This document shows, piece by piece, positions 22,656 through 35,738 of a DNA stretch of 64,000 nucleotides. The translations under genes and the position numbers were made by a program. Position 1 is the first letter of the stretch. The number at the start of each line of letters is the position of its first letter. Source of the stretch: Podarcis erhardii (Eukaryota); assembly GCA_964252035.1 (NCBI GenBank), contig OZ176206.1; one strand, 5' to 3'. Below the pieces are notes generated by a model. It had not been told where the DNA came from. It was given only the letters and a program-made list of their open reading frames with translations, and ran no database searches.

Positions 22656-23700
22656 GTAGAGTTTGAGAGTTGCTTTTTTAGTGGTCCTTGTTTCTTCCCT
22701 CATAAACACCTTCTATGGAAAAAGGCTTGGTGCAGAGGAGGCAGGGAGTGGGCAGGCTTCTAAATTAAAAAGAACATAGGTCCCGCTCCTCCACACAGAT
22801 GACAGGAGACTTTGCCTTCAGTAAGCTGTAATCGGGACTGGTACAATGTGCCACAAACACAAAACAAGAACTAAATATATGTGTACAGCCAGTCAGTAAA
22901 GCACGTGATCTCACCCACAGGATACACATCAACTCACAAAACGTAATGTTTCTTCATGGAGCATATTATCAAGGAATCAAACATTTGTAAAATCAGTTTA
23001 TTTTTCTAGCCTGTCTTTGGTGGTCCTTTTTCTGGGCTGTCTTCTGCTTTGCGGACAGAGTAACACTAGCGAGGCCAAGGTCAGTTTCAAGGGTACTGAG
23101 TGAGTCATTGATGGAGAACTGGATGAAAACAGAGTTTCCACTCGAGAATAGTGAAGCAAAAAACCACAAGCTTCAGGTCTTCAAGCTTTCTCACACACAT
23201 TCATTCATTTCAGATATGGAATTAACTCCGTAAATCTCATCTCTTGATCAGTCAAGTGCCTGAAACACTAATGTTGATTCCTAAGAATTTTCCATCTTTG
23301 CACAGGGCTAGTAGTTTTAAAGCTTTGATTTCTCAGCACTTATGAACTTAAAATTATTTTCACACACTGCTTAGAAGCTGCCTTCTCTCACGTGGCCCTT
23401 TGGGTGCTGCTGATGGACTCATCACCTCTGTCCATTGGCCTTACTAAGAAGAGTCTGAGTCCCAGCAGCATCTGGAGAACAGCATTGGGGCTTGTGGGTA
23501 TGTCAGAAAGCAATGTTGTGGCTAAGAGGAAACTGCAGCTTGGTCCGAATGTACTGCTTTAGCCAAAACCTCCTTTTCCCCACCTTGCTCTTCATTTAAT
23601 GTTCATGCAGCCTCATAGTTGCCCCACATTCAAAGGCAAATGCCAGGCTTCTTCTGGTTTGTGTCTTGCCGGCTCTAAATTCTCTCTTTTCCCCGGACAG

Positions 23701-23820
23701 TATGAGCAGGCAGCTGATTCAGAGCTTGCCTGGGTTGCTGAGACGAAACGGAAGCTGATGGCGCTTGGCCCAATTCGCCTGGAGCAAGACCAGACTACAG
23801 CCCAGCTTCAGGTCCAAAAG
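23701..23820 (+). CDS. MACF1: MACF1 exon, spectrin repeat (YEQAADSEL...LQVQK)
   Basis: acag acceptor, AAG|GTGCG; 120 nt, phase 0-0. Confidence 0.95.
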
Positions 23821-24557
23821 GTGCGGGACTCTGGGTTGAACGCTTGTTGGATGGAGTGAGCTGGAGGGCAAAGTGGTACTTTTAACCGTGCCATTGCAGA
23901 AGAGTAGATGATGGCCCTGAGTGCTGGGAAGCCAGGAGAGAGGCTGGGTGCTTCCAGGGAAGAATAACACGGAAGCATCAGCATCAGCTGGAGCTCTTGA
24001 GATTTCTTGAGGCATTGGGAGTTGTGTGGTGGTCTAAAGGCATCATGGATGAAACCATAGGTTAGGTCCAGACCATTGAAATCACCAGGGCAGATTAGTA
24101 ATGACTGTCTTACATAGTCTGCTGATTTCAGTTGGTCTAAAGAATGACTGGCTTTTTCTGGAACCAATTCAGTGTTTGGGTTTTGATCTCAACAGGGATA
24201 AGGAGGACAAGGGGGAGGGGGAATCAGCGGGCTTGGGTGGTTCTGAATAAAATCTGAGTTGCTGTTCAGATTGGGCAGATTGGATGAGGTGTTGTGGGCA
24301 AGGGAGTTGGGGAAGTGGGGGCATCCGGACTCCAGCTTAGCAGAACAGACTGTATCAGGGCAATATTGCATCCAATTCTGTTCTTATTATTTTTAACGGG
24401 CTGTTTCCTTGATCTGTTTTTTACAAGTCTGCGGTGGGCTTTTTGCAGTTTTTTTTTATTTTACAGCTTTGTTCTTCAAGTTGTATTTTATCTTATTTGT
24501 TGTTAATTGTCTTGGGTACCACCATATTGATGGGTAGGATAGAAATTTAAATTGGCC

Positions 24558-24688
24558 TTCCCCACAATGGTCCCTTCCGGATGTTTTGGACTACAACACC
24601 CATCAGCCAGCACAGCCAAGGGTTAAGGATGATGGGAGCTGTACCCCAAAGGCATTTGGCTGGGGGCACCTGGTTGGCAAAGGCTGAT
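24558..24688. mobile_element. Fold-back MITE-like element
   Basis: ccttcccca...ggatgttttggactacaac / gatgggagctgta...ggcacctggttggcaaagg arms. Confidence 0.7.
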
Positions 24689-24870
24689 TCGAATCATACT
24701 AGATGGTTAGAGTTAGGCAGACTTGAACCCTATGGCCCTGATAAGCGTAGGCACAATGGCTACAGTCAGGCCAAGAATGACATTGCAGGATGGATGCAGG
24801 GTGCTTGCGCCGTCTCTCATCACCCACTTCTTTTTAACAAAAATTGCTTTGTGCTTGTTCAACCTTTCAG

Positions 24871-24978
24871 GCTTTCTCTATTGACATCATCCGACACAAA
24901 GATTCTGTGGACGAGCTGCTCAGCCAGCGGAATGAGATCTTTGGAACCTGTGGGGAAGAACAGAAAGCCACACTGCAG
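24871..24978 (+). CDS. MACF1: MACF1 exon, spectrin repeat (AFSIDIIRH...KATLQ)
   Basis: ttcag acceptor, CAG|GTAAA; 108 nt, phase 0-0. Confidence 0.95.
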
Positions 24979-24999
24979 GTAAATCTCTTGTCCTGCATG

Positions 25000-25120
25000 C
25001 ACCAACTTGCTGCCCTCCAGTTGCTTTTGCACTACAACTCCCAGCAGCCCCCAGTGCTTCCTGGGGCTGATGGGAGTTGTAGGTCAAAACATCCAAAGGG
25101 CACTGGGTTGACTAAGGCTG
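25000..25120. mobile_element. Fold-back MITE-like element
   Basis: tgccctccag...actacaactccca / tgatgggagttgtagg...gggca arms, starting about 20 nt after the exon donor. Confidence 0.7.
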
Positions 25121-25320
25121 CTCTAGTCAGAGACAAGAAAGCTACAGAAGGCAACACTCAGCCAGGGGCCAGCCTTGTTTTACTGGTGCATGTTTTCAGT
25201 GGTCCTGCCCCTGGGCTAACCAAGTTTTTTTGTTTTTTGTTTGCTAGTACTTAGCTATTGGAAGTGGCACTATGCATTTATAGCCAGTAGGTAGAAATGT
25301 CTAGTTAGCGCAAAGCAAAA

Positions 25321-25532
25321 GGCGATTTGGTGTAGTGGTTAGAATATTGGACTAGGGCCTAGGAGACCAGGGATCAAATCTGAGCCAGGAAGCTCACTGG
25401 GTGACCTGAGGCCAGTCATCATCTTTGAGCCTACCTCACAGGATTGTTGTGAGGATAAATTAGAGGCAGAGAGCCATATACACCCCTTTGAGCTCCTTGA
25501 AGGAAAAGTGAGATATAAAACTAATAAATAAA
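25321..25532 (+). mobile_element. tRNA-derived SINE (family A)
   Basis: tggtgtagtggttag (A box-like), gatcaaatc (B box-like), cctacctcacaggattgttgtgagg core, A-rich tail. Confidence 0.75.
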
Positions 25533-25865
25533 AAGAATCAAGTTGGTATTCCTTGCATCTGCTTTTGTTCTTTGACTCAGATAGACCATTTCCCCTCCTC
25601 TTAAAGTATATTATATCCAAAATTCAGAGTACCAAATGATGTGTGCCTGTTGGCTAGTGGCAAGAGCTATGTGAAGGGCCCAAGAGGCAGTGTGGGGAGA
25701 TTTATTTAGGAAAACAGACTGGAACATAATCCAGTCATATAAGAAAATGAATACAGAATGGAGCAGACCTGCTGACCTGGGTCATGAAAACCGTCACCCG
25801 ACATCTCCTAGGTCTCTTAATCCTTGCACCTCCTCCCTGAGCTTCACATCTTACTCTTCCTGCAG

Positions 25866-26084
25866 GAGAAGACGGAGTGTCTTCTGAAGCAGTACGATGA
25901 CATCAGCCACCTCAATTCAGAGCGCTACGCCCGCTTGGAGCGTGCCCAGGTCTTAGTCAACCAGTTCTGGGAGACCTACGAAGAGCTCAACCCTTGGCTG
26001 GAAGAGACGCAGGTGTTGATTGGGCAGTTGCCCCCTCTGGCCATTGACCACGAGCACCTCAAGCAGCAGCAGGAAGACATGAGG
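25866..26084 (+). CDS. MACF1: MACF1 exon, spectrin repeat (EKTECLLKQ...QEDMR)
   Basis: gcag acceptor, AGG|GTAAG; 219 nt, phase 0-0. Confidence 0.95.
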
Positions 26085-27426
26085 GTAAGAAGGGGGTGGG
26101 GGCATGAGAGAGAAGCATGAATGCCCAGGCCACCAGCTTTCAGTTTTGTAAAACTTAAGTTTCTCACACCTGTATAACCTGAGATATGAGGCTAAATTTG
26201 CAGGCTTTAGTTTTCTCTTTTGTGCTTGTGGCGGGGGGAAATAGCCTGCTCCCCACTTTGCATTGACTTTCCCCTCAAAAAAAAGTTCTGCAGACACACA
26301 TGGTATGAATCTGTGTGGCTTAAAAAAACTATAGACCTTTAGAACTCTGATTGTGAGAGGCAAGCAAAAGTCCCTCTGTGTTCGGGCGATAAGGCAAGCC
26401 CCAAATGTGTGGACCATGAAAACATTTGGCTTCAGGAGAGTTGCTGAGCTTTGCCAGGGGCCCTTCCTGAGGGACAGAGGTTGTTTGCAAGTGGACATTT
26501 GCAAGCTGAGGGAGGTTGGTGAGCAGAACATGTGGAAACTGGGCAGCAGTCAACTAGAGAAGCAAGTGGGTTAGGGAATGGAAGGAGGGGAAAGACTGGA
26601 GTTAGTGATTGGTTGGGTAGGAGGGTGCGGGTTTTGTATCCCAAAGCCCTGTTGGAATTTTGGAAAGACAGTTAAATTTGCCCTCGTAACTCTCTTTGGA
26701 TCCCCTTTGGATTACCCAAGGCAGCAGAGAGGGGGCATCACAAATGCCCTCATCTTATTGCTGAAAACGGTAGAAGTAGTTACTGAATCATGTAGTGATA
26801 AAAGATCTCTGCAATGCAGATTATGAATTCAGTCTGGGACGGATTCAGCTAACCTAGTGCAGTAGCAGAAGCTAGCACAAGGACTCCCACTAGCACAGTG
26901 AGACTGCTCTCTGCACCCTATGCCTCTCCCAATTCCACTCTGGAGTTTTGGGGAGAAACCCAGAGCAGCTCTGGGGGTGGGGGAGGGGAGAGGGGAGATA
27001 GCTCCATCTGGCTAGCAGAAATGCGTGCACTGACGGAATGATTGCATTAGCGCAACCTTGAATTCCACCCAGTGTTTCCACACTTTATTTTAGTATATAT
27101 TCAGTATATTTTGAAGTACAATTCCCACCAATGCCAGCTAGCACAGTCTGCTGGCTGCAGGAGATGAGAATTGTAGTCCAACACCTCTGGAGGGCACCAG
27201 GCTGGCTTTGAGCATTACAGCTCGAGGTTAATATGGTCTCTGCATCTTATCACATGATGCTGAGCAAACACAAGTTCTTTAGCTTTTTGGAGCCAATAAA
27301 CGCAGTTGGTTTAATTGCAGAATCTGCACTTTTGTTTGATTTGTGAACCTGGGATCACAGTGTAGTGAAATGCATAAAGCAGGGAGGTATCATCTTTGAG
27401 TCTCATTGCAATTCTTCTCTTTGCAG

Positions 27427-27630
27427 CAACTGAGAGAGTTGATTGCAGAACACAAACCCCATATTGATAAGCTGCTGAAAATTGGGCCACAGCTGAGTGA
27501 GCTGAACCCAGAAGAAGGAGAGATGGTAAAGGAGAAATACTTGACGGCAGAAGCCATGTACTCCCGCATCAAGGAGGATGTCCGCCAACGGGCTCTGGCG
27601 ATGGATGAGGCTGTCTCACAGTCAACCCAG
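27427..27630 (+). CDS. MACF1: MACF1 exon, spectrin repeat (QLRELIAEH...SQSTQ)
   Basis: ttgcag acceptor, CAG|GTTTG; 204 nt, phase 0-0. Confidence 0.95.
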
Positions 27631-27890
27631 GTTTGTGATTCCCTGGCTCCATCCTTCAATGATTCAGTGCAGTCTGTGGGTATCATATGGAGGGCTTAGG
27701 TGGAGATTGTTTGCAATCTGCCCTCGCTGTAGAAGAGGAAGGGGATATACTTAGCTGCCACCCCCCCAGCTTTTTGAAAGATCACAGTCCCCACAAATGC
27801 ATTAGACTTACCAACTCCTCCGCCCGACATAAGAAGCTGCCTTAGTCAAGCTAGCTCAGTATTGTCTACACTGACTGGCAGGGGTTGTTG

Positions 27891-27955
27891 AATCATAGAA
27901 TTGGAAGGAACTTTGATGGTCATCTAGTCCAACCCCCTGCAATGCAGGAATCTCA
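27891..27955 (-). mobile_element. CR1-type 3' tail fragment
   Basis: aatcatagaattggaagg...catctagtccaaccccctgcaatgcaggaat; same tail as the SINE at 56297. Confidence 0.65.
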
Positions 27956-28677
27956 ACTAGATCGCAGAATCACAACTTCTTCCTCCTGTTCCAGGATCCC
28001 CAACAACCCTCCCCCTCCCTCAACTCCGCTAATAGCCTGGGACAAAATTTTTCTTTAGGTCCTTTGCTGAAGCGAATAACTGCTGGGCAGGGGCTGGGTT
28101 GGCCCATGACATAGGAGGCAGTGAGTTCCTTTGCTTAGGGGAGTGAACCCGTTTTCTCACCCGATCAGAGCAGGGCTGGGTGGGGATGAGATCAGTGCAA
28201 GGGGAAACTACATTTAAGTTTGGCAAAGGATTTTTGTTAGGCACAAATCCCTTTGCTATTGCTAATTTCCTTTTCTGTGTCATGTGATTTTGAGCTTAAG
28301 CCAGGAATCATACAGATTGTTCTTATCACCTCATTTCAGGCTCTCCCCCACCCCATGCAATTGTCTTGCATGCTATTTGGAAGTTAGTTGGTAAAACTTT
28401 AACCACTGTTAATCTATGGTAGCCTAGCCTAGGTTTTGTTCTGTGTTTCATCTGTTTAATATATTGAATAAAACAATACATTTTTATTTCCCCCCACGTT
28501 CCGGTTTTTGCTCATATATTAACTCTGAGTTGTTTTTCCTCCTCCTCCTCCATTTCCTTCTCATCTCCCCTCCCATTGTGGATTTTGTTCCCTGTTGTGT
28601 GTTTCGGTGCCTGTTCCCGTCTTCCCTGCGTGCTCTTCACATTTCATTGTTGTGTTGACTGCACCACACCATGACAG

Positions 28678-28686
28678 ATTGGAGAG
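28678..28686 (+). CDS. MACF1: MACF1 9-nt optional microexon (IGE)
   Basis: acag|ATTGGAGAG|gtaag, phase 0-0; sits where I recall human MACF1 has QSTQ-ITE-FHDK. Confidence 0.85.
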
Positions 28687-30441
28687 GTAAGAATCCCTCC
28701 TCTTCATCACATTGCAATCCTTCTCCCCTTTGACTTACCAGAAACGATGGTGTCTGCATTGGCTAGCAATTTCGCTCCCCTTCTTTGCAAAGTGGTTTTT
28801 TGCATGTATCTATTGTCGTCTGGAAGTATTGTTGGGTTTTTGAAGCACAAAACACCCTCCCTTATTTTGTAAAGCTTAAAAACCTCCCAGGTGCAATAGT
28901 ATTTAAATTCCTTGGTGTGAATTCTTTTCAAAGTACATCAAAAAGTTAAACGGTTGGCTCAATTAGGAGTGGACTCCCCCTCTCTTTGGAAGTCTTTTTG
29001 CAGACTTTGATCCAGGCAGAAAAGGCAGTGGGGTATTGAAAGCATTAGGCTTCAGAAGGGGTGGCAACTGACAAAGGATTGCTCTTGGCCTTATGCCTTT
29101 CAGCTGCTGTTCGGTTGAAGCAGAATCCCTGTAGCTCTGTAGTTGGACCTCCCTCCCTCTCCCTATATGTGTGTTCTCAGGAGGAGCACCCCCGCAACAT
29201 GCCCATCGCTGCAAATTCATCTAAGCTAATTACGGATTGCTCTTTGAGGAGCTGTTTTTGAAGAGGGAATGATGCAGCTAATGGACAGGATCCAAAGGAC
29301 TGTGTGATTCACTCCTGGTTCTCAGACAGCAGCTTCTCAGCCATGCTCCATGACTAGCTGCTTTTGCAACCATGGGGAATATCAAAAACAGTTTGTGACA
29401 TGGAATGAGGAGGTTGTGCTGGCTGGAGCTGGTAGGAGTTGCACTAGAGGGCACCAGGTTGGGGGAGGTTGTTCTATGTATGCACACTGGTATTTCATGC
29501 ATCTGATTATGGTGACTCTTAGCACTTCTTTGAAGGGTTCAGAGCATTCTGCATACATTATCTCTAAATTACAACAGCCTTGTGAGGCAGGCCAGTTTTA
29601 TGCCCATATTGCTGGATGGAGAGGGGGCGCAGCTTGAGGGTATAGTGGCTTATCTGCTGAGTCTGAGATGGCATTTACTTTGGGAATCGTTTGGCTGGCT
29701 TTCACTCATCACCACTGCAGTCAACATGAATGGAGAAGGCTCTTGAAGCTGTGCAGGATTGTGCCAGTTGGATTGTGATGTCAGAGGACTGCCTATCTTT
29801 TTGCTCAGAGTGGATTTGGTTTCTGTAAAAACAACTTCAGTTAGGGCTGAGTAAGATGACTCAAATCTTAAGATCCCTGTGCATGTCATTTTTGGGAGTG
29901 GGTGGTATTCCAGTATCCAGACAGATTCCTTCCAGGGGAAGACATTATTCTGAAAGCTTTCTGGATTATGAAACCAAACCAGGAATCCATCTGCCGTCAA
30001 AAATCACACCCACACAAATCGCCTTACTGACCAAACTTTTAAACCTATATAGATGTTGCTTTTGTTCAGTGAGGGGCATGACAGCAACCTTTTGTGGTGA
30101 GAGGGGAAACAGGAAGCCACCTCTGGGATGAAATTGACAAGCATTTCTTTACCTATTCAGTCAATTTCTGTACATCCCTTTATCTGCAGATCACAGGGTG
30201 GGTTACAGACAAGTCTATCAAAACCATAACATTCAATTAAAAAATTAAAAAATAATAATAGCAACACAGCAGATAAACTATGCATCTAACCATACATAAG
30301 AGTGTTGGGCTAGAAGCCTGTGCTGATTGCAACAGGCGCTGCTTCTGCTGCGCCTTTTTGAAGGGCCTGTAGATTCCTGTGGCTGTTCAGTGCAGCTTCT
30401 CAGTCGTGCCCTTGCTAAGCCTCCTCCTTCTTCCTGCTCAG

Positions 30442-30673
30442 TTCCATGACAAGATTGAGCCCATGCTGGAGACTCTGGAGTCCCTCTCCTCCCGCCTGCG
30501 AATGCCTCCACTGATCCCAGCTGAGGTTGAGAAGATCCGAGAGTGCATTGGCGACAACAAAAATGCCACCATGGAGCTGGAGAAGCTGCAGCCGTCCTTT
30601 GAGGCCTTGAAACGCCGCGGGGAGGAGCTGATTGGACGGTCGCAAGGTGCAGACAAGGACCTGGCAGCCAAAG
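30442..30673 (+). CDS. MACF1: MACF1 exon, spectrin repeat (FHDKIEPML...DLAAK)
   Basis: ctcag acceptor, G|GTCAG; 232 nt, phase 0-1. Confidence 0.95.
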
Positions 30674-30822
30674 GTCAGGGGGATTCGAACTGTCATCACT
30701 CCTTTCGGTTTTTTGTCATGCTAATTATTATAGTCCATGTGTTCTGTGGTATTAGAAGGATTTCCACCCCTGACTGAAAGAGATTCTCATTATTTTGGTT
30801 TGTGATGTTTCCTCCATTTCAG

Positions 30823-31049
30823 AAATCCAGGATAAATTAGACCAAATGGTGTTTTTCTGGGAAGACATCAAAGCCCGGGCCGAGGAACGTGAAATTAAAT
30901 TCCTGGATGTCTTAGAACTGGCAGAGAAATTTTGGTATGACATGGCTGCCCTCCTGACCACCATCCGAGACACACAGGACATTGTCCATGACTTGGAGAG
31001 TCCGGGGATTGACCCATCCATCATCAAACAGCAGGTTGAAGCAGCAGAG
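30823..31049 (+). CDS. MACF1: MACF1 exon, spectrin repeat (IQDKLDQM...VEAAE)
   Basis: ttcag acceptor, GAG|GTAAG; 227 nt, phase 1-0. Confidence 0.95.
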
Positions 31050-31457
31050 GTAAGGATGGCAAAGGCAAATATTTCTGCGGTAAGCAAACGGAATGGCCTG
31101 CTGCGCAAGGCATGGAATAATACGCTCACCTATAATAAATAGAAAGCCTCCCAAGGTGAAAATGATTCAAATAATCCTATTTAAAAGCAGAACAGATTTC
31201 TGCTGTTCGTTCTTTAAAATCTCTGCATTTAGCAGCTTTGGCAACTGCCTTGCATATTGTTATAGCAAGGTACGTGTGCTGCTGCCTGAGCTTCCTGCCT
31301 TTTTTCTTTAGAAATTTAATCTCTGATTAGAAGCGCAATTTAATAAACAAGATGGCTTATAAATGTGTGTTGTGAGTCACTCTGGCAACCCAGATGCCAT
31401 TTTGGAGCAGTGCTTGCTAATAAAACATCAACCACTGTGGTGACCTTAATCCTGCAG

Positions 31458-31580
31458 ACAATCAAGGAGGAAACGGACAGTTTGCATGAAGAACTGGAGT
31501 TCATCCGGATTCTTGGGACTGACCTGATCTTTGCCTGCGGTGAGACAGAAAAACCAGAAGTGAAGAAAAGCATAGATGAG
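31458..31580 (+). CDS. MACF1: MACF1 exon, spectrin repeat (TIKEETDSL...KSIDE)
   Basis: gcag acceptor, GAG|GTGGG; 123 nt, phase 0-0. Confidence 0.95.
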
Positions 31581-32278
31581 GTGGGTAGATTGTGGCCCCT
31601 GGGCCTCTCTCTCTCTCTCTGACCATTGGACCTCTCCCCAAGTCACACACCCTTCCTCAGTCACACATCCTCTCACCAGCCTGGTGTCACACCCTCCTTG
31701 AGTGCTGCTGCCTTGCTAGAGGCATGTCCTTGAACCCTGATCATGCCTCTTGTTTGCCTGGATGGAGAGGGGCATGTGAGTGTGTGTAGAAACCAGCCTA
31801 TGGCACAGAGGACTGCTGAAAGTTCCTCAGTCTGATGAAGAGACATGTCTGCAGTAGAACTTTGCTGCTGTTCTCACTTTGTTGTCAGATTGGGAGGCCA
31901 GGAAGGCAGGGATCCTGCAAAGTGAATCGGGGGCATCAATACACCACCCATACTTAGCAAGTGTGTTCTCCAGCTTAGCTTACCTGTGCTGCAAATGGGA
32001 TATTGGAGCAGGCAGGGGACAGGTAGCCCAGGGCACTCTCCCCCCCCAAAAAGGTTCCTTTACAGATTCCTGAAAAGCAGGCAATAGTCTGGGCTGCCAC
32101 TTGGCAGGCATGAGAGTCAGTTGAATAAAGAAAGGCACATGTGATGAGCTCCAGGGCTGACCAGGGCTTGGTGCCTGGGGCTCCCCTGTCTGAATCCAAC
32201 CCTGCGCACGGTGCTGCCGAACTGGCTCCCACACTGACAAGACGCTCAGCCCCCAATGATCTCTCCTTGCTTTTGCAG

Positions 32279-32380
32279 ATGAACGGTGCCTGGGAGAACC
32301 TGAACAAAACCTGGAAGGAGCGGCTGGAGCGGCTGGAGGAGGCCATGCAGTCAGCAGTGCAGTACCAGGACACGCTGCAG
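32279..32380 (+). CDS. MACF1: MACF1 exon, spectrin repeat (MNGAWENL...DTLQ)
   Basis: ttttgcag acceptor, CAG|GTGAC; 102 nt, phase 0-0. Confidence 0.95.
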
Positions 32381-32454
32381 GTGACAACGGGTGGAGGTGG
32401 AGGTGATGTGCAGGGGTGGGGAAGGCGCAGAGGCAAGGGAGATGCTTTACCAGA

Positions 32455-32595
32455 CCATTGGTCCATCCACACTGGCTCCCTAGGATTTCAAGCAGGAAGG
32501 CCCTCCCAACCCTACCTGGAGATGCCACCAGGGATTGAGCCAGGGTCCTTCTGCATGAAAAGCAGCTGCTCTGCCACTGAGCCATGGTGCTTCCT
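32455..32595 (-). mobile_element. tRNA-Ala-derived SINE (family B)
   Basis: cctacctggagatgcc...gggattgagccagggtccttctgcatg...ccactgagccatgg. Confidence 0.7.
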
Positions 32596-32780
32596 AAGGA
32601 AAGCAGGGATCATGTCTAGCTACTGCCTGAAATGGATTCTGGCTCTTAATTCTGAGCATCTTTCATTGTAGTGCCAGGCTTAATGCATAAACATCACAGA
32701 GTAGTCGGAGGAACACCAGATTCTTGGAGGGTGGGAGGGCCAGTGTCATTTTAGTTTATTGATTAAAGGTTCTTATACAC

Positions 32781-32880
32781 CAGCCTTTGCAAACCTGGTG
32801 CCCTCCAGCTCCCATTGGCACTGATTGAGAGCTAGTGGGAGTTATTGTTCAAAACATCTAGAGAGCACCAGGTTGGTGAA
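32781..32880. mobile_element. Fold-back MITE-like element
   Basis: aacctggtgccctccag / aacatctagagagcaccaggtt arms. Confidence 0.7.
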
Positions 32881-33480
32881 GACATCAGTAAAACAATAGG
32901 AACATAACTGCTGTTGAAACCAGTTATAAATTATTAGTCAAAAATGACAGCATCTCAGAATTGTACTTAGACCTTGGACAGACTAGCTAAATTCTTCCAA
33001 AGGCCAGAGAGAGAGCAGGTATGTTTCAACCTGGTAGTGGAATCCCAGCAAAGTTGTAGCAATCTGCACACCTGAGGTGAGAGAGTTTCACAACCAGGCA
33101 CCACTACAGAAAAGACCTTGCTTCATGTAATTTAGGCCTGATTCTATTATAATAATTGTAAATGGAGCCTCTGTGTATAAGGGCAGTCTACCTTAGAGTA
33201 GCTGATCCTGGGGAGAAGCAGCAGGGGATGATCCAAACCTTGCCTGTCAGCTTTCCACTGTTAGGAACAGGATACCAGGCTGGACATGGATCTTTGGTCT
33301 GACCCGGCAGGGTTGTTTTGTATTAAGGGCCAGGCATCTCAGAGGAGTAGTTGAGCCTGTGAGAAAGAGGAGAGGCTGAGGGAAAGGGTTATGAACTCTC
33401 TTCATGGAGGCCACAACGCTGCGCCTCTGGGTGGTAGCTGGCTGGGTCTCCCTTCATTTGTGGGCCTGCTCCCTTTTCAG

Positions 33481-33582
33481 GCCATGTTTGACTGGCTGGA
33501 CAACACAGTGATCAAACTCTGCAACATGCCCCCTGTGGGGACGGATCTCAACACCGTCAAAGAGCAGCTGAACGAGATGAAG
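33481..33582 (+). CDS. MACF1: MACF1 exon, spectrin repeat (AMFDWLDN...LNEMK)
   Basis: ttttcag acceptor, AAG|GTGCG; 102 nt, phase 0-0. Confidence 0.95.
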
Positions 33583-33698
33583 GTGCGTGTGTTTGTGCAC
33601 TGTGGTATTTTCAAATGGTGGGCGGTTTATAAATTCTTTAAATAAATCATCAGTCACAGTCCTGAGCGTGAAACTCCCTGCTTTCTCCTTCTTGGCAG

Positions 33699-33872
33699 GA
33701 ATTTAAAATGGAAGTTTACCAGCAGCAGATCGAGATGGAGAAACTGAATCACCAGGGAGGGCTCATGCTCAAAAAAGCCATGGATGAGACAGACCGAGAC
33801 ATCATCCGGGAGCCTCTGACGGAGCTGAAGCATCTGTGGGAAAACCTGAATGAGAAAATAGCCCATCGACAG
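33699..33872 (+). CDS. MACF1: MACF1 exon, spectrin repeat (EFKMEVYQQ...IAHRQ)
   Basis: gcag acceptor, CAG|GTATG; 174 nt, phase 0-0. Confidence 0.95.
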
Positions 33873-34367
33873 GTATGGTGGGTGAACTGCCAGGGCCTGA
33901 GGTGTGGGTAAAGCCTTTAAAGCTCTTGCTCCATCTGAAGATGGCGTAGGTTCAATGAAAGGGGCTGCTTATCACCTTTTGAAGCCCCAAAGGGTCTCAA
34001 ACCAGGTTACCTTGAGGGCTGCCACTGCTGCTTCCTCCTTGGGCCTGGGCAGGCCCTCCACTGCGTGTCCCATTGCCTACTGGAGTGCTAGAGATTTGTG
34101 CAGTTTCTGTGCTGATGGTCTTTTGTCATCTATTAAGCACGTTTTTTCTTGCTTAAGACAATGTTTTGCTTGCCTTCTGTCTCCCTGTTTTATTTTTATT
34201 TGCCTGTTTTTGGTATACTTTGCACTATATTTAAAGTACTGCAACCTTAAGTGCTCCTCCTTGGTGCATAGAAAAACGGGATTTTAAAAATCCTATAAAA
34301 CAAATATACACACACCTAACCTTGTTTTCTTAAAAGAAATTCCTCTTCTCACCTTGTCTACAAACAG

Positions 34368-34523
34368 CACAAGCTAGAAGGTGCCCTCTTGGCCCTTGGC
34401 CAGTTCCAACATGCGCTGGCTGAGCTGATGGCCTGGCTGACCCACACCGAAGAGCTGCTGGATGCCCAGAGGCCCATCAATGGTGACCCAAAAGTCATTG
34501 AGGTGGAATTAGCTAAGCACCAT
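34368..34523 (+). CDS. MACF1: MACF1 exon, spectrin repeat (HKLEGALLA...LAKHH)
   Basis: acag acceptor, CAT|GTAAGT; 156 nt, phase 0-0. Confidence 0.95.
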
Positions 34524-35589
34524 GTAAGTATGAGGGAAGGGGTTTTATATTGTGAACCACCCTGAAATCTATGGATGAAGGACGATATACAAATTTTGTA
34601 GTAGTAGTAGTAGTAGTAATACTTGCAGATTGCTTTTTGCAAAGAGGTCCCTGTTTCTGTCCTTCAATGAGAGGAGTCTAGCTTGGCAGCAGAATGTGTC
34701 TGTTCTCAGGTTAAGGTCCTGGCCCATCTCTAGTGACTGGGCTCACAAAATTTCCTTGAGACCTTAGAGAGCTGCTGCTAAATGCAGTGCATGGCTGCAT
34801 GGGCCAAAGATCTGGTTAAGTCAGCTCCTTTCTGTCCTTTCTGTCCTTGGGCCACTGCAGAGCTTTTGGATGACAAAAGTGCCCCCTCCTCCGTGTCCTG
34901 CCCCAGGAATCTTCATCTTTCTGGGCTGTCACTGCAGCTGTGCCATTATAGCTCAATCGGAGGCTTGCTTTGAGGGAAGGGCTGGGAATATTATGAGAGC
35001 AGCATCAACGGATGACACTGGAAGCTGCTTTACAGTGAGGTAGACCCTTGGTGTCCTGGCTCCTACTTACGGACACAATGCTGGCTCTCAGAGCAGCAGG
35101 ACCCAGACTTGAGATGAGTGTAGATAAGTGGTTAAAAGGGGCTGTGGGGTTCATGGCTATGCATAAGTGAAGATGTTGTCCCAACATGTGACATGTCCCC
35201 CTGGGGTCCCCTTCTGAAGAGCTGGCTGGGCACAGTCATTTGTGTAGGTCCTGTCCCAAGCCACAAGGCTGGGCAAGCAAACAAGCACTTCTATGAGAAG
35301 GCTGGGTCTGCTCATATTGGCACAAGTGATGTCCTTGGGCATGGGGTGGCTGGATGCTGTCTGTTCACAGTCCAATCTGAGCCGGCAGTTCCCCGGGGAA
35401 GGGAGTGCATCACTGGCAGGAGGAGGAGTCACTCCCCTGACACTTGGAATGCCTGATGATTCTGAGATGGTTCTTTCTCCCAACAACCCACTTTCTGGCC
35501 CACTGAGCCACTCCCCAGAATCAGGGTCCACACTGCCATTCCATGCCAACAAACTCTGCCAAGATGTCTCCATGGGACTCATGACAATT

Positions 35590-35738
35590 GGTTTATCTCA
35601 CTCAGCATTGTCTACCCTGACTGGCAGCAGTTCCCCAGGATGTCAGAAAGTGTCTTTGCCAGCCCTACCTGGAGATACCAGAGATGCAGCCTGGCACTGG
35701 GTGCATGCAAAGCAGGTGCCTTGCCACTGAGCCACAGC
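35590..35738 (-). mobile_element. tRNA-Ala-derived SINE (family B)
   Basis: cagcattgtctaccctgactggcagcag...ccctacctggagata...gcatgcaaagcag...ccactgagccacagc. Confidence 0.7.
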
